A stretch of 64,000 nucleotides of DNA from an uncultured Chloroflexia bacterium. GTDB taxonomy: Bacteria; Chloroflexota; Limnocylindria; Limnocylindrales; CSP1-4. Below, piece after piece: positions 53,732 to 63,608 of this stretch (positions are counted from its first letter, which is position 1; the number at the start of each line of letters is the position of its first letter). A model generated the notes under the pieces. The model worked only from the letters and a program-made list of their open reading frames with translations. It was not told the origin of the DNA and ran no database searches. The translations under genes were made by a program, and so were the position numbers. The stretch spans positions 134,293 through 198,292 of the forward strand of contig CAWHRD010000001.1 of the NCBI GenBank assembly GCA_963831745.1. The letters run 5' to 3'.

Positions 53732-55339
53732 ATGACCGAACCGTTCGACCCGACCCGCGACGTGACCCAGCTGCCGCCGCCGAGCCCGGCGGGCGACGCG
53801 TCGCTGCCGGCTGCCGAGGTCGGGGCGTCGCCCGAGCTCGGAGCGCCCATGCAGCCCGTGCCGCCCGTGGCCGAGCTCGACGCGCCCATGCCGCCCGAGG
53901 CCGAGCCTGTCGCCGCGGCACAGTTCTCGTGGCCCGACCTCGCGGCGCCCGATCTCGGAGCGCCCGTGCAGCCCGAGGCCGACCTCGTCGTTCCCGCGGA
54001 GCCCGCGGAGGCCGCGGACGAGGGTCCGACGCGACCCGTCGTCTACTCGCCTGCGGCGGAGCGCCGGCCCGCCTGGACCGACGCCGTCGTCCAGGCCGAC
54101 GCCGAGAGCGTCGCACCGCCCACGCCGCGCGCCTGGTACGAGCCGGAGCCGGCCCACGCGTCGCCCGCGCCGGCCACGTCGCGCCGTGCCGGCGTCGGCG
54201 TCGGCGTCATCGTCGCCGCGTCGTTCGGGGCCGCCGTCCTCGGGTCCCTCGGCACCTTCGCCGCGCTGTCCGCGAGCGGCGCCCTCGACCGGGAGGTGGC
54301 TACCGTCACCCCCGTCGGCCAGGGCCAGCAGGTCACCCAGCCGGTGACGGTCCCGGTGACGATCGACGAGAGCTCCGCGATCACGCGTGCCGCCGCGAAG
54401 GTCTCGCCGGCCATCGTCACGATCACCGTGAGCGGGGCCGCGGCCGACCCCAACAACCCCTTCGGCGGCGTTCCCTCGTCCGGCGTCGGGTCGGGCGTCA
54501 TCTTTGACGCCAACGGCTGGATCGTCACGAACAAGCACGTCGTCGAGGGCGCGGGATCGCTGACCGTCACCCTCGAGGACGGCCGCGACTTCAAGGGGAC
54601 CGTCTACGGCATCGACACGCTGACCGACCTCGCGATCGTCAAGGTCGCCGCCACGGGGCTCCCGACCGCGCCGATCGGCGACTCCTCGACCGCCAAGGTG
54701 GGCCAGCTGGCCATCGCCATCGGGAGCCCGCTCGGCACGTACACCAACTCGGTCACCGCCGGGATCCTCTCCGCCTTCGGGCGGACCATCGAGGTCCAGG
54801 ACTCGACGGTCATCCGCAACCTGATCCAGACCGACGCGGCGATCAACCCCGGCAACTCGGGTGGCGCCCTCCTGGACGCGGCGGGCAACGTCATCGGCAT
54901 CAACACCGCGGTCGCCCAGACCGCGGAGGGGATCGGCTTCGCGATCCCGATCAACATCGCCCGCCCGATCATGCAGCAGGCGCTCGCCGGCCAGGACCTG
55001 GTGCGGCCGTGGATCGGCGTGTTCTATCGCGTCATCACGCCGTCCCTCGCGGCCCAGTTCAAGCTCCCGGTCGAGCAGGGCGCCTGGCTGACGGCGCAGA
55101 GCACCGCCACAGGCCAGGCGACGGACCCGATCGTGCCGGACAGCCCGGCGGCCGCGGCCGGCCTCCGGGACGGCGACATCATCACGGCCGTGGACGGCAC
55201 GAAGATCGACGCCGACAGCCCGCTCGACGACATCCTCACGCAGTACGCACCGGGCCGAACCGTCGCGCTCGAGGTGCTTCGCGACGGGAAGACCCAGACC
55301 TTCACCCTCACCCTCGGGACGCGCCCCGTCAACCCGTAG
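53732..55339 (+). CDS. htrA: HtrA/DegP-family trypsin-like serine protease with PDZ domain and a long Pro/Ala-rich N-terminal region
   Basis: Catalytic 'TNKHVV', 'DLAIVK' and 'GNSGGAL', plus a C-terminal PDZ 'AAAAGLRDGDIITAVDG'. Confidence 0.88.
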   Translation: MTEPFDPTRDVTQLPPPSPAGDASLPAAEVGASPELGAPMQPVPPVAELDAPMPPEAEPVAAAQFSWPDLAAPDLGAPVQPEADLVVPAEPAEAADEGPTRPVVYSPAAERRPAWTDAVVQADAESVAPPTPRAWYEPEPAHASPAPATSRRAGVGVGVIVAASFGAAVLGSLGTFAALSASGALDREVATVTPVGQGQQVTQPVTVPVTIDESSAITRAAAKVSPAIVTITVSGAAADPNNPFGGVPSSGVGSGVIFDANGWIVTNKHVVEGAGSLTVTLEDGRDFKGTVYGIDTLTDLAIVKVAATGLPTAPIGDSSTAKVGQLAIAIGSPLGTYTNSVTAGILSAFGRTIEVQDSTVIRNLIQTDAAINPGNSGGALLDAAGNVIGINTAVAQTAEGIGFAIPINIARPIMQQALAGQDLVRPWIGVFYRVITPSLAAQFKLPVEQGAWLTAQSTATGQATDPIVPDSPAAAAGLRDGDIITAVDGTKIDADSPLDDILTQYAPGRTVALEVLRDGKTQTFTLTLGTRPVNP

Positions 55340-55474
55340 CCCGCAGGCTCCGCCGGGCGCGCTCGCGTTGGTGTCGACGCGTCGCTCGCCCCGGCTCCCC
55401 GCCGTTTGCCGCTCGCCGGGACATGCTCGGGCACCGCGTGCCAGGCGACGCTCGATGCCAGCGGCGTCACCGGG

Positions 55475-55837
55475 TCACCGCGTGCGGCGGACAGCCACGC
55501 CGGCCCACGCCAGCTCCCCGGGGAGCGGCGGCCGCATCTTCCGCACCCGGACCGTCACGGCGCCGACCGGCGGGTGCGCCGCCAGCACGCCGGCGGCGAT
55601 CCGCTGGGCCAGCGTCTCGATGAGAGCGACGTGCGGCCCCTCCACCACGTCGCGTGCGATCGCGAAGACCGACCCGTAGTCGACCGTCCGCGCGAGGGCG
55701 TCCGTCGCGCCGGCCGAGACCAGGTCCGTCTCGAGGACGACGTCCACCTCGAACGGCTGGGCGACCTCGTGCTCGGCCGGCTGGACCCCGTGGACTCCCG
55801 AGAAGCGCATCGCGCGCAGCTCGATCCGGTCGCTCAT
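55475..55837 (-). CDS. folB: Dihydroneopterin aldolase
   Basis: 'IELRAMRFSGVHGVQPAEHEVAQPFEVDV...TVDYGSV'. ATGA overlap with folP. Confidence 0.88.
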   Translation of the reverse strand: MSDRIELRAMRFSGVHGVQPAEHEVAQPFEVDVVLETDLVSAGATDALARTVDYGSVFAIARDVVEGPHVALIETLAQRIAAGVLAAHPPVGAVTVRVRKMRPPLPGELAWAGVAVRRTR

Positions 55838-56895
55838 CGATCGCCCTCCCATCCCTCGGGGCGCCAGCCGCGCACGACCGCGTCGGCCATCCGCGCCGCG
55901 CGCGCGTTCTCCCGCACGTCGTGCACCCGCACGAGGTCGACACCGCCGACGATGCCGAGGACGGTCGTGGCGACCGTCGCCTCGACGCGCTCGCCGGCGG
56001 GTAGGTCGAGGACCTTCCCGAGGGTCGACTTCCGCGACGTGCCGAGCAGCACGGGCCGTCCGAGGGCGCGCAGCAGCGGCAGGGCGCCGAGCAGCGCCAG
56101 GTTGTGGGACGGCGCCTTCCCGAAGCCGAAGCCGGGGTCGACGACCAGGCGGTCCCAGGCGACCCCCGCCCGGACGGCGCGCTCGACGGCTCGCTGCAGG
56201 TCGGCCACGATCTCGGCCATCAGCGCCGAGTAGCGCGCCTCGGCGCGGTTGTGCATCAGCACGAGCGGGACGCCGCGCTCGGCGGCGACCCGCGCGACGG
56301 CGTCGTCCTCGGCCACGCCCCAGACATCGTTGACGAGGTTGGCCCCGGCGTCGAGGGCGGCCGCCGCGACCCCGGGCTGCGTCGTGTCGACCGACAGCGG
56401 CATCTCGGGCAGGGCGTCGCGCAGGGCCCGCACCACCGGCACCACGCGGGCCGCCTCCTCGACGGGGTCGAGCGGGGCGTGGCCGGGCCGGGAGGACGCG
56501 CCGCCCACGTCGAGAAGGTCGGCGCCCTCGTCGCGCATCCGCCGGCCCTGCGCGACCGCCGCGGCCAGCGGGTCGCCGCCCGAGCCCAGCAGCCCGTCGC
56601 CGGAGAACGAGTCCGGGGTCACGTTGACGATCCCCATCACGAAGGTGCGCGTCCCCCAGGCGAAGGTGCGCGGGCCGATGTCGAACGGGGCCGGCACGGC
56701 CGGCAGCCCCGGCCCGGCGTCCCCGGGGACGGCGAACGAGGGCGTCGCCGAACCACCGCCGCGCTCCGGGTCGGGCGCGACGATCCCCGCCTCGGCGGGC
56801 AGGTCGCGGCCGAGCGCGAGGGCCGGATCCCGGGTCGACACGCGGTCGGCGGCCGAGGCGCGGTCGGCAGCGCGAGACGGGTCGGCGGGTGCCAT
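55834..56895 (-). CDS. folP: Dihydropteroate synthase with an N-terminal extension
   Basis: 'VMGIVNVTPDSFSGDG', 'DVGGASSRPG', 'SVDT', 'NDVWG', 'DPGFGFGK' and 'GTSRKS'. Confidence 0.92.
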   Translation of the reverse strand: MAPADPSRAADRASAADRVSTRDPALALGRDLPAEAGIVAPDPERGGGSATPSFAVPGDAGPGLPAVPAPFDIGPRTFAWGTRTFVMGIVNVTPDSFSGDGLLGSGGDPLAAAVAQGRRMRDEGADLLDVGGASSRPGHAPLDPVEEAARVVPVVRALRDALPEMPLSVDTTQPGVAAAALDAGANLVNDVWGVAEDDAVARVAAERGVPLVLMHNRAEARYSALMAEIVADLQRAVERAVRAGVAWDRLVVDPGFGFGKAPSHNLALLGALPLLRALGRPVLLGTSRKSTLGKVLDLPAGERVEATVATTVLGIVGGVDLVRVHDVRENARAARMADAVVRGWRPEGWEGDR

Positions 56896-56904
56896 GGGCC
56901 GATC

Positions 56905-58272
56905 CTACGCCGGGTCGCGCAGCGCCGGGTCGTCGACCAGGAGCGCGCGAGCGGCGCCGACGAGGTACAGGGAGCCGGCGACGACGACGGGTCCCTCCGC
57001 TGCGGCCACGGCGTCCGCGACGGCCGCGGCCGGCTCCGCCACGACGCTCACGGCACCGCTCGCCGGTCCGGCGACGGCCGACCAGCGGGCCGCGAGGGCC
57101 GCCGCCGGCAGCGCCCGGGGGCCCTCCACGGCCGTGGCCACCACCCGCGCGGCCGCGAGCGACGGGGCCGCGGCCAGGGCGCCGAGCACGCCGTCCACGT
57201 CCTTGTCGCCCATGATCGCGAGGACCAGCGTCGGCGGGGCCGGGCGCCGCCCGTCGCCGTTCCGCAGGAGCGGGCGCAGCTCGTCGACGGCGGCCGCGAG
57301 GGCCGCCGCGCCGGCCGGGTTGTGCGCTCCGTCGAGGAGCACCTGGGCATCCTCGCCGCGAGGACCGGCGCCGCGAACCGCCAGGAGCTCCAGGCGGCCC
57401 GGCCAGCGGGCCGCCGCGTAGCCGGCGCGCCGCGCCGCCGGGGACGTGACGGCGATCCCCGCGGCGCCGAGCGCGTCCAGCACGGCGTCGGCGACGGATA
57501 CGTTCGCGGCCTGGTGGCGGCCCAGGAGGCCGACCCTCGTCGCGGCGAGGCCCGGCAGGTCGACGACGAGTCCCTCGAGGTCCATCGACCGCACCACGGC
57601 CGGGGCCGCCTCCACGAGCTCGACGCCCACGCGTCGCGCTCGCCGGCGCACGACCGCCAGTGCGTCCCCGGTCGCGCCGGTCACCGCCCGGTCGGCGCGG
57701 ACGATGATCGCGGCCTTCTCGCGGGCGATCGCCGGGACCGTGGGGCCCAGCCACTCGGTGTGGTCGAGCTCGACGTTGGTGATGGCGGCGACTCCGCCGT
57801 CCCACGCGTGTGTCGCGTCGAGCCGGCCGCCCAGGCCGACCTCGACGACCGCCAGGTCGACGCGCTCGCGGGCAAACCACGCGAAGGCGAGCGCCGTCAT
57901 CAGCTCGAACTCGGTCGGCGGGCCGTGGCGCCGCGCGACGGCGTCCGCCGCGGGCAGGACCGCGCGGACGAGCTCGACGAACGAGGTCGCGTCGATCGGG
58001 CGGCCGCCGATCCGCAGCCGCTCGCGGTACGTCACGAGGTGCGGCTTGGGCGTGTCGCCGGGCCGGTGGCCCGCCGCGGCGAGGCAGGTCGAGACGAGGG
58101 CGACGACGCTGCCCTTCCCGTTGGTGCCCCCGACGAGGGCTCCCCGCACGCCGCGCTCCGGGTCGCCGAGCGCCCGCAGCAGCGCCCGCGTGCGCCCAAG
58201 GCCGAGCCGGATGCCGAAGCGCCCGCGTGCCTGGACCGCGGCGACCGCGTCGTCGAACGTCGCCGGCAGCAT
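56905..58272 (-). CDS. folC: Bifunctional folylpolyglutamate synthase / dihydrofolate synthase
   Basis: 'VGGTNGKGS' P-loop, 'EVGLGGRLDATH' and 'DGAHNPAG'. ATG at 58272 is chosen; an upstream GTG is possible. Confidence 0.88.
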   Translation of the reverse strand: MLPATFDDAVAAVQARGRFGIRLGLGRTRALLRALGDPERGVRGALVGGTNGKGSVVALVSTCLAAAGHRPGDTPKPHLVTYRERLRIGGRPIDATSFVELVRAVLPAADAVARRHGPPTEFELMTALAFAWFARERVDLAVVEVGLGGRLDATHAWDGGVAAITNVELDHTEWLGPTVPAIAREKAAIIVRADRAVTGATGDALAVVRRRARRVGVELVEAAPAVVRSMDLEGLVVDLPGLAATRVGLLGRHQAANVSVADAVLDALGAAGIAVTSPAARRAGYAAARWPGRLELLAVRGAGPRGEDAQVLLDGAHNPAGAAALAAAVDELRPLLRNGDGRRPAPPTLVLAIMGDKDVDGVLGALAAAPSLAAARVVATAVEGPRALPAAALAARWSAVAGPASGAVSVVAEPAAAVADAVAAAEGPVVVAGSLYLVGAARALLVDDPALRDPA

Positions 58273-58313
58273 CGGCAGGGGCGTCGACTCCGGGGTGGGT
58301 CGCCCCGACCGCG

Positions 58314-58991
58314 TCACCGCGTCAGCTCGTCCTCGTAGAAGACGCACTGATTGAAGCGGGCCGAAAGGCAGACGTCGTTGACGTAGCCCTGCTCGAGGTG
58401 CACCCCGCCGCGGAGCTGGCAGCGCGAGACGTTGGCCTCCTGGCGGACGAGGGCCTTGAGGAGGTGGGGTGCCTGGATGGGCATCGCCCCGCGGGCGCCG
58501 GTCATGAAGAAGTGGGGACAGATGTTGCGCCGCAGGCTGGGCATCCCGAAGCCCGCCCGCGACGCGCCGCCGGCCGGCATCGCGCCGGGGCCGCCCGGGC
58601 GCTCGAGGACGCCGGGCCGACCGGAGCCCGCCGACGGTCCCCGGCGCGCGGCGAGCGCGGCGACCTGGACGGCCGTCCGCGAGACTCCCGGCGGGCCGGG
58701 CACGCGGCCGATCGGTGGGTGCATGGGGCGGGGCGGCTGGGGGGGCGCGGGCCGGGGACCGGGCGCTCGGCCGGCTTCCGACGCAACCGGCGAGAGGCGT
58801 GCGGCGGGACGCGTGCCCGGACCCACACCGATCACGGTCCTGAACGTCCCGACGGGCGCGGACCGCGCTGGGCGACCGGGCATCGCCGTGCGGCCCCCGG
58901 ACGTCGCCGGGGCGGCCGCCGACGGACCCCGTCGCGACTGCTCGCTGTCGGCCACCACCGCCCTCCTTGCGCGAACGCCCCGGACGTCCAC
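58314..58991 (-). CDS. Hypothetical protein: Pro/Arg-rich N-terminal region plus a conserved-looking 4-Cys C-terminal domain
   Basis: C-terminal 'ICPHFFMTG...VSRCQLRGGVHLEQGYVNDVCLSARFNQCVFYEDE' with high third-position GC. The start is unresolved; the core is at least 58314..58545. Confidence 0.5.
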   Translation of the reverse strand: MDVRGVRARRAVVADSEQSRRGPSAAAPATSGGRTAMPGRPARSAPVGTFRTVIGVGPGTRPAARLSPVASEAGRAPGPRPAPPQPPRPMHPPIGRVPGPPGVSRTAVQVAALAARRGPSAGSGRPGVLERPGGPGAMPAGGASRAGFGMPSLRRNICPHFFMTGARGAMPIQAPHLLKALVRQEANVSRCQLRGGVHLEQGYVNDVCLSARFNQCVFYEDELTR

Positions 58992-59134
58992 AGGCAGCCC
59001 CAGCGTACACCGGACCGCAGCGGCCGCGCGGGCTCCATCCGACGCAATCGCGCGGGCCCCATTCGCCGCGGCAAGCGTCGCGCCGGGGCCGGCCGGCCGA
59101 GGGCGACCCGCCCGGCGTGCGACAATGCGCTCCG

Positions 59135-60334
59135 ATGACCGCTCGCCGCGACCGGCCCAGCCAGGTGCGACCCCGCCCGCCCTCCTCCGGCCGCCCCCGC
59201 CAGCTGCCGCCCCCTCCCCGGCGTCCCGTCGTCCCCCGCAGCATGGGCGGGCGCACCCCCGAGCCGGCGCGCGGGATGCCGCTGCCGGTCCGGCTCCTGC
59301 TCTCGATCGCGGTGGCTGCCCTGGCCCTGGTCATGGTCACGACGGTGACCGGCGTGCTGCCGAGGGTGGTCTCCTCGGTCGGGAGCGCGCTCGGCGGGAT
59401 CACCGACACGGTGCTCAAGACGCCGGTGCCGAACGTGAGCATCGCGCCGGTCCCGGAGGCGCCGACGCTCGTCGCCCCCGCGAACCCCTACACCAACCAG
59501 CCCACGGCGAGCCTCGCCGGCACGGTCCCGCCCGGTGTCGTCGGGCGCAGCGGCTACCTCGTCCGCGTCTACGTGGCGCTGCCCGACCAGGAGCCGGTGG
59601 CCGTCCGCGAGGTCCCCGTCGGCGAGACGACCTCCTTCGTCGTCGACGAGCTGCCACTCGAGGTGGGACGCAACGACGTGACCGCGACGCTCGTCGGCCC
59701 CGGCGGCGAGAGCGAGACGTCCCCGGCCATCACCTACGTCTTCGATCGGTCGAAGCCGAAGATCACGGTCACTTCGCCCGCCGACCGGGCAACCGTGAAC
59801 GGCTCGACCGTCACGATCACCGGCAAGACCCAGGGCCGGTCGACGGTGGTTGCGCGCAACGAGGCGAACGGGACGGCCGCCACGACCACCGCGGCCGACG
59901 GGGGCGCGTTCAGCCTGGAGGTGCCGCTCAGCTCCGGCACCAACGGGATCGCGCTGACCGCGACCGACCTCGCCGGCAACGTGGCGACGTCGGTCGTCAC
60001 CGTGCGCCGCGGGTCGGGGAAGCTCACGGTCGCGCTGTCCGCCACGGCGTACAGGATCAGCGCGGCCCGCCTGCCGCGGGCCGTGGAGCTGCGGGCCATC
60101 GTCAGCGATCCGAACGGCGGGTTCCTGGCGGGCCAGACGGTGACCTTCACCCTGTCCGTCCCGGGCGTCCCGGCGCTCACGGGGGAGGATGTGACCGACG
60201 GCTCGGGGGCCGCGACCTTCCGCACGACCATCCCGGCGGGCGCGACCGAGGGCAGCGGGCTCGGGACGGCCTTCGTGAGCACGACCGCGTCCGGCAGCGC
60301 GTCCGGGCGGATCTCGATCACGATCGTCAAGTAG
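59135..60334 (+). CDS. Membrane-anchored surface protein with bacterial Ig-like repeats
   Basis: TM 'LLLSIAVAALALVMVTTV', then beta-rich repeats ('PKITVTSPADRATVNGSTVTITGKT', 'GNVATSVVTVRR', 'GQTVTFTLS'). Alternative starts at 59243 and 59276. Confidence 0.7.
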   Translation: MTARRDRPSQVRPRPPSSGRPRQLPPPPRRPVVPRSMGGRTPEPARGMPLPVRLLLSIAVAALALVMVTTVTGVLPRVVSSVGSALGGITDTVLKTPVPNVSIAPVPEAPTLVAPANPYTNQPTASLAGTVPPGVVGRSGYLVRVYVALPDQEPVAVREVPVGETTSFVVDELPLEVGRNDVTATLVGPGGESETSPAITYVFDRSKPKITVTSPADRATVNGSTVTITGKTQGRSTVVARNEANGTAATTTAADGGAFSLEVPLSSGTNGIALTATDLAGNVATSVVTVRRGSGKLTVALSATAYRISAARLPRAVELRAIVSDPNGGFLAGQTVTFTLSVPGVPALTGEDVTDGSGAATFRTTIPAGATEGSGLGTAFVSTTASGSASGRISITIVK

Positions 60335-60521
60335 GGCCGCGGACCCAACCGCCCGCCCAACCCGCGCCCCGCGCTCCGGACCCGCGAGCGGCCCCTGCGC
60401 TCCGGACCCTGTGCCCGCTGTCTTCCCGATGGCGACCGACCGTCCGTTCGGTTCGATCGCCCGTTCGACGATCGTGCGCCAACCCCTCGACAGTCGGTGC
60501 GTGCGCAGCTACGATCCGCGC

Positions 60522-60827
60522 ATGCCGAACTGGCGATGCCCGCATTGCCGCACGCCGCAGCCGGAGGCGGCCCGCTGCTGGGTGTGCCGGCGCTCGAGCA
60601 CGATCTGCGCGACGTGCGTCCACTTCCGGCGGTCCATCGCCCCGCTCATCGGCGGGACGTGCGGGCTCGACCCGCGGGCGGTGCCGCTCCGGGGCGGCGA
60701 GATGCGCGGCTGCTGGCGGCCGGTCCGCCTGGGCCGGACCATCGGCCCGGACGCGTTGCCGGTCGTCGACCCGATCGGTCCCGTGTTCGCCATCCCCGGC
60801 GGGATCTGGTCCGAACGGGAGGCCTGA
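60522..60827 (+). CDS. Small Cys-rich (zinc-ribbon-like) hypothetical protein
   Basis: 'WRCPHCRTPQPEAARCWVCRRSSTICATCVHF' has CxxC pairs. High third-position GC. ATG at 60522. Confidence 0.5.
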   Translation: MPNWRCPHCRTPQPEAARCWVCRRSSTICATCVHFRRSIAPLIGGTCGLDPRAVPLRGGEMRGCWRPVRLGRTIGPDALPVVDPIGPVFAIPGGIWSEREA

Positions 60828-60860
60828 CCCCGGGCGGACCCAGCGACGCGGAGCCCGGGG
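60828..60860. terminator. 8-bp GC hairpin between convergent genes
   Basis: ccccgggc(60828-60835)/gcccgggg(60853-60860), with a 17-nt loop. Confidence 0.35.
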
Positions 60861-60868
60861 TCGGCCGA

Positions 60869-62692
60869 TCAGGGTGCGGGAGCGCTCGCCGACAGCAGGA
60901 TCGGTGACCCGATCTGGACCTCGGAACCGGGACCCGGGTTCTGCGCCGTGACGACGTCCGTGTCGGCCGGCGTGGCACCCTGCCACTGGATCACCAGGCC
61001 CTCCGACGTGGCCTGGGCCTTCGCCGCCCCGACGGTCAGGCCGGTGTACGTCCCCACGACGACGGTCGGGACCGGCGTCGGCGTCGGGGCCGCGGTCGGG
61101 GTGGGCGTCGGGACCGGGGTGGGCGTCGGCGTCGGCTCGGGCGTCGGCGTCGGCGACGGCGACGGGCTCGGCGTCGGCTCGGGGCCCTTCGAGACCTCGT
61201 AGTCGATCGGCGTCCCCGTCGGGACCGTCAGGCCCGCCGGGAGCGTGGTGCCGATCACCGATCCCGCCGGGACCGCCTCGTCGTAGTCGTCGGTGCGGAC
61301 CCCGAGGGTCAGCTTGGCGTCGGTGATGGCCTTGATCGCCTGGGCCTCGGTGAGGCCGGCGACCTGGGGCACCTGGACGAGCTCCTTGCCCGAGATGACC
61401 TCGACGTTCACCGTCGACCCGCGGTCGACGGTCGTCCCGGCCGGCGGGTCCTGGCTGACCACCGTCCCCTCGGCCTTGTCGTTGCGCTTGATGTAGCTGG
61501 GCTGGAGGACGAGCTCGAGCTGCTGCGCGGTCGCGGTCGCGTTGTCGAAGGTCTGGTCGACGAACGACGGCAGCGTGACCGTCCCGGGCGCGGGCGATCC
61601 TCCCGGGGTGTTGGCCGACAGGAGGCGGAACGCGAGGAAGCCCACGACGACGAGGATCACGAGGCCCAGCAGACCGGCCACCCAGATCCACGGGCTCGTG
61701 CCCTCCGGCTCCTCGGGCTCCGGCACCGGGGCGGCCGACACGGGCGGCGGGGCCGGGGGCGGGGGCGCGGGGGCGCCGGCGTACGCGTCGGGTGGATAGG
61801 CGCGGGCCGCGGTGGCGGCCGTGGCGGCGACGGCGGCTCCCGCGGCGCCGGCTCCGGTGCGGGGCGCGCCCTCGTCGAGAAACGCCTCCAGCGCGCCGGC
61901 CATCGCCTCGGCGCTGGGGAAGCGGGCGGTCGGGTCGGGGCTCAGGGCTCGGCGGTCGATCGCCTCGAGCACCGGCGGCACGTTCGGTCGCACGTCGGAC
62001 ACGAGCGGCGGCGGCGCCGAGATCCGGGCCATCGCCACCGCCGCGGCGTTGTCGCCCTCCCACGGGCGCCGGCCGGTCAGCAGCTCGTACAGCACGATGC
62101 CCAGGCTGTAGATGTCCGAGGCCGGGGTCGCCTGCTCGCCGAGCGCCTGCTCGGGGCTGAAGTAGTGGACGGATCCGAGCGTCACGCCGGGCAGCGTGAG
62201 GCGGGCGTCGGCCCAGGCCCGCGCGATCCCGAAGTCGGTCACCTTCACGCGGCCGTCGGACGAGACGAGGATGTTGCCGGGCTTCACGTCGCGGTGGACG
62301 ATCCCGCGCGCGTGGGCGGCGCCGAGCGCGTGGGCGGCTTCGGCCGTGAGCCGGGCGGCCTGCCGCGGCGGCAGGGGGCCGTTGCGGGCCAGGAGCGTCG
62401 CGACGTCCTCGCCGTCGACGAGCTCCATGACGATGTAGGGGCCATCGGCGTCGGTGCCGAAGTCGTAGACCCCGACGATGTTCGGGTGGCTCAGGCTCGC
62501 CGCGGCCTGGGCCTCCTGCTTGAACCGCGCGACGAAGTCCGGGTCGCGCCCGTACTCCGGGTGGAGGACCTTGACCGCCACCTCGCGGCCGAGCTGGGCG
62601 TCGGTGGCGCGATAGATCGTCGCCATGCCGCCCTGGCCAAGGAGCTCCACCAGCCGGTACCGGCCGCCGAGCACGTCGCCGAGCGCTGCCAC
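60869..62692 (-). CDS. Ser/Thr protein kinase with extracellular PASTA repeats (PknB-like)
   Basis: 'LGQGGMATIY', 'VAVKVL', 'HRDVKPGNIL' and 'DFGIARA', then a TM segment and PASTA-like units split by a Pro/Thr linker. GTG at 62692 is chosen so the gene does not run into galU. Confidence 0.9.
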   Translation of the reverse strand: MAALGDVLGGRYRLVELLGQGGMATIYRATDAQLGREVAVKVLHPEYGRDPDFVARFKQEAQAAASLSHPNIVGVYDFGTDADGPYIVMELVDGEDVATLLARNGPLPPRQAARLTAEAAHALGAAHARGIVHRDVKPGNILVSSDGRVKVTDFGIARAWADARLTLPGVTLGSVHYFSPEQALGEQATPASDIYSLGIVLYELLTGRRPWEGDNAAAVAMARISAPPPLVSDVRPNVPPVLEAIDRRALSPDPTARFPSAEAMAGALEAFLDEGAPRTGAGAAGAAVAATAATAARAYPPDAYAGAPAPPPPAPPPVSAAPVPEPEEPEGTSPWIWVAGLLGLVILVVVGFLAFRLLSANTPGGSPAPGTVTLPSFVDQTFDNATATAQQLELVLQPSYIKRNDKAEGTVVSQDPPAGTTVDRGSTVNVEVISGKELVQVPQVAGLTEAQAIKAITDAKLTLGVRTDDYDEAVPAGSVIGTTLPAGLTVPTGTPIDYEVSKGPEPTPSPSPSPTPTPEPTPTPTPVPTPTPTAAPTPTPVPTVVVGTYTGLTVGAAKAQATSEGLVIQWQGATPADTDVVTAQNPGPGSEVQIGSPILLSASAPAP

Positions 62693-62735
62693 TCCTGTGT
62701 CTCCCGTGTGATCTGGGGTCGTCGGTGGGACGCGA

Positions 62736-63608
62736 TCAGATCTCGAGGCCGCGGAGATAGTCCGCGAACTCGGGCCCGAGGTCGGGCCGCGCCAGGGCGA
62801 GCTCGACCGATGCCTTGAGCCACCCCATCGTGGTCCCGGCATCGTAGCGAGTTCCCTCGAAGGCGTAGCCGTGGACCGCCTGCTCCTCCATGAGGGCCTC
62901 GATCGCGTCGGTCAGCTGGATCTCGCCCCCGGCGCCCCGCGGGGTCTGCTCGAGCTTGTCGAAGATCTTCGGGGTCAGGACGTAGCGCCCGATGATCGCC
63001 ATGTTCGAGGGCGCGTCCTCGGGCTGGGGCTTCTCCACCACCCGGTCGACCCTCCAGAGCCGCCCCGCCTGGCCCTCCACCTGCTCGCCACCGATGATCC
63101 CGTAGCGGGACGTCTCCTCGGGCGCGACCTCCATCACCGCCACCACGGACGAGTGGGTCTGGTGGTAGGCGTGGATCAGCTGGCCGATGCAGGGCCGCTG
63201 CCCGACCACGACGTCGTCCGAAAGGATGACGGCGAACGGCTCGTGGCCGACGAGCTCCTTGGCCATGAGCACGGCGTGGCCCAGGCCGAGCTGCTCCTTC
63301 TGGCGCACGTAGGCGATCTGGGCGAGGTCGCTGATGTGGCGAATCTGGCGCAGCATCTCGATCTCGCCGCGCTCCTCGAGCAGGTGCTCGAGCTCGTAGT
63401 TGAGGTCGAAGTGATCCTCGATGGCGCGCTTCTGGCTGGAGGTGACGATGATCACCTGCTCGATGCCGGCGGCGACGGCCTCCTCGACCGCGTACTGGAT
63501 GACCGGCCGGTCGACGAGCGGCAGCATCTCCTTCGGCTGGGCCTTGGTCGCGGGAAGGAAGCGGGTGCCCCACCCGGCGGCGGGGAAGACGGCCTTTCGA
63601 ACGCGCAT
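62736..63608 (-). CDS. galU: UTP--glucose-1-phosphate uridylyltransferase
   Basis: 'KAVFPAAGWGTRFLPATKAQPKEMLPLVDRP.IQY', 'GLGHAV' and 'VEKP'. Confidence 0.93.
   Translation of the reverse strand: MRVRKAVFPAAGWGTRFLPATKAQPKEMLPLVDRPVIQYAVEEAVAAGIEQVIIVTSSQKRAIEDHFDLNYELEHLLEERGEIEMLRQIRHISDLAQIAYVRQKEQLGLGHAVLMAKELVGHEPFAVILSDDVVVGQRPCIGQLIHAYHQTHSSVVAVMEVAPEETSRYGIIGGEQVEGQAGRLWRVDRVVEKPQPEDAPSNMAIIGRYVLTPKIFDKLEQTPRGAGGEIQLTDAIEALMEEQAVHGYAFEGTRYDAGTTMGWLKASVELALARPDLGPEFADYLRGLEI

Noticed and set aside
61066-61190. DNA-level ggcgtcggc-type periodicity as an independent repeat element
   Set aside because: It encodes the Pro/Thr-rich linker (PTPTPEPTPTP...) between PASTA units of the kinase. 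It is coding low-complexity sequence, not a separate feature.
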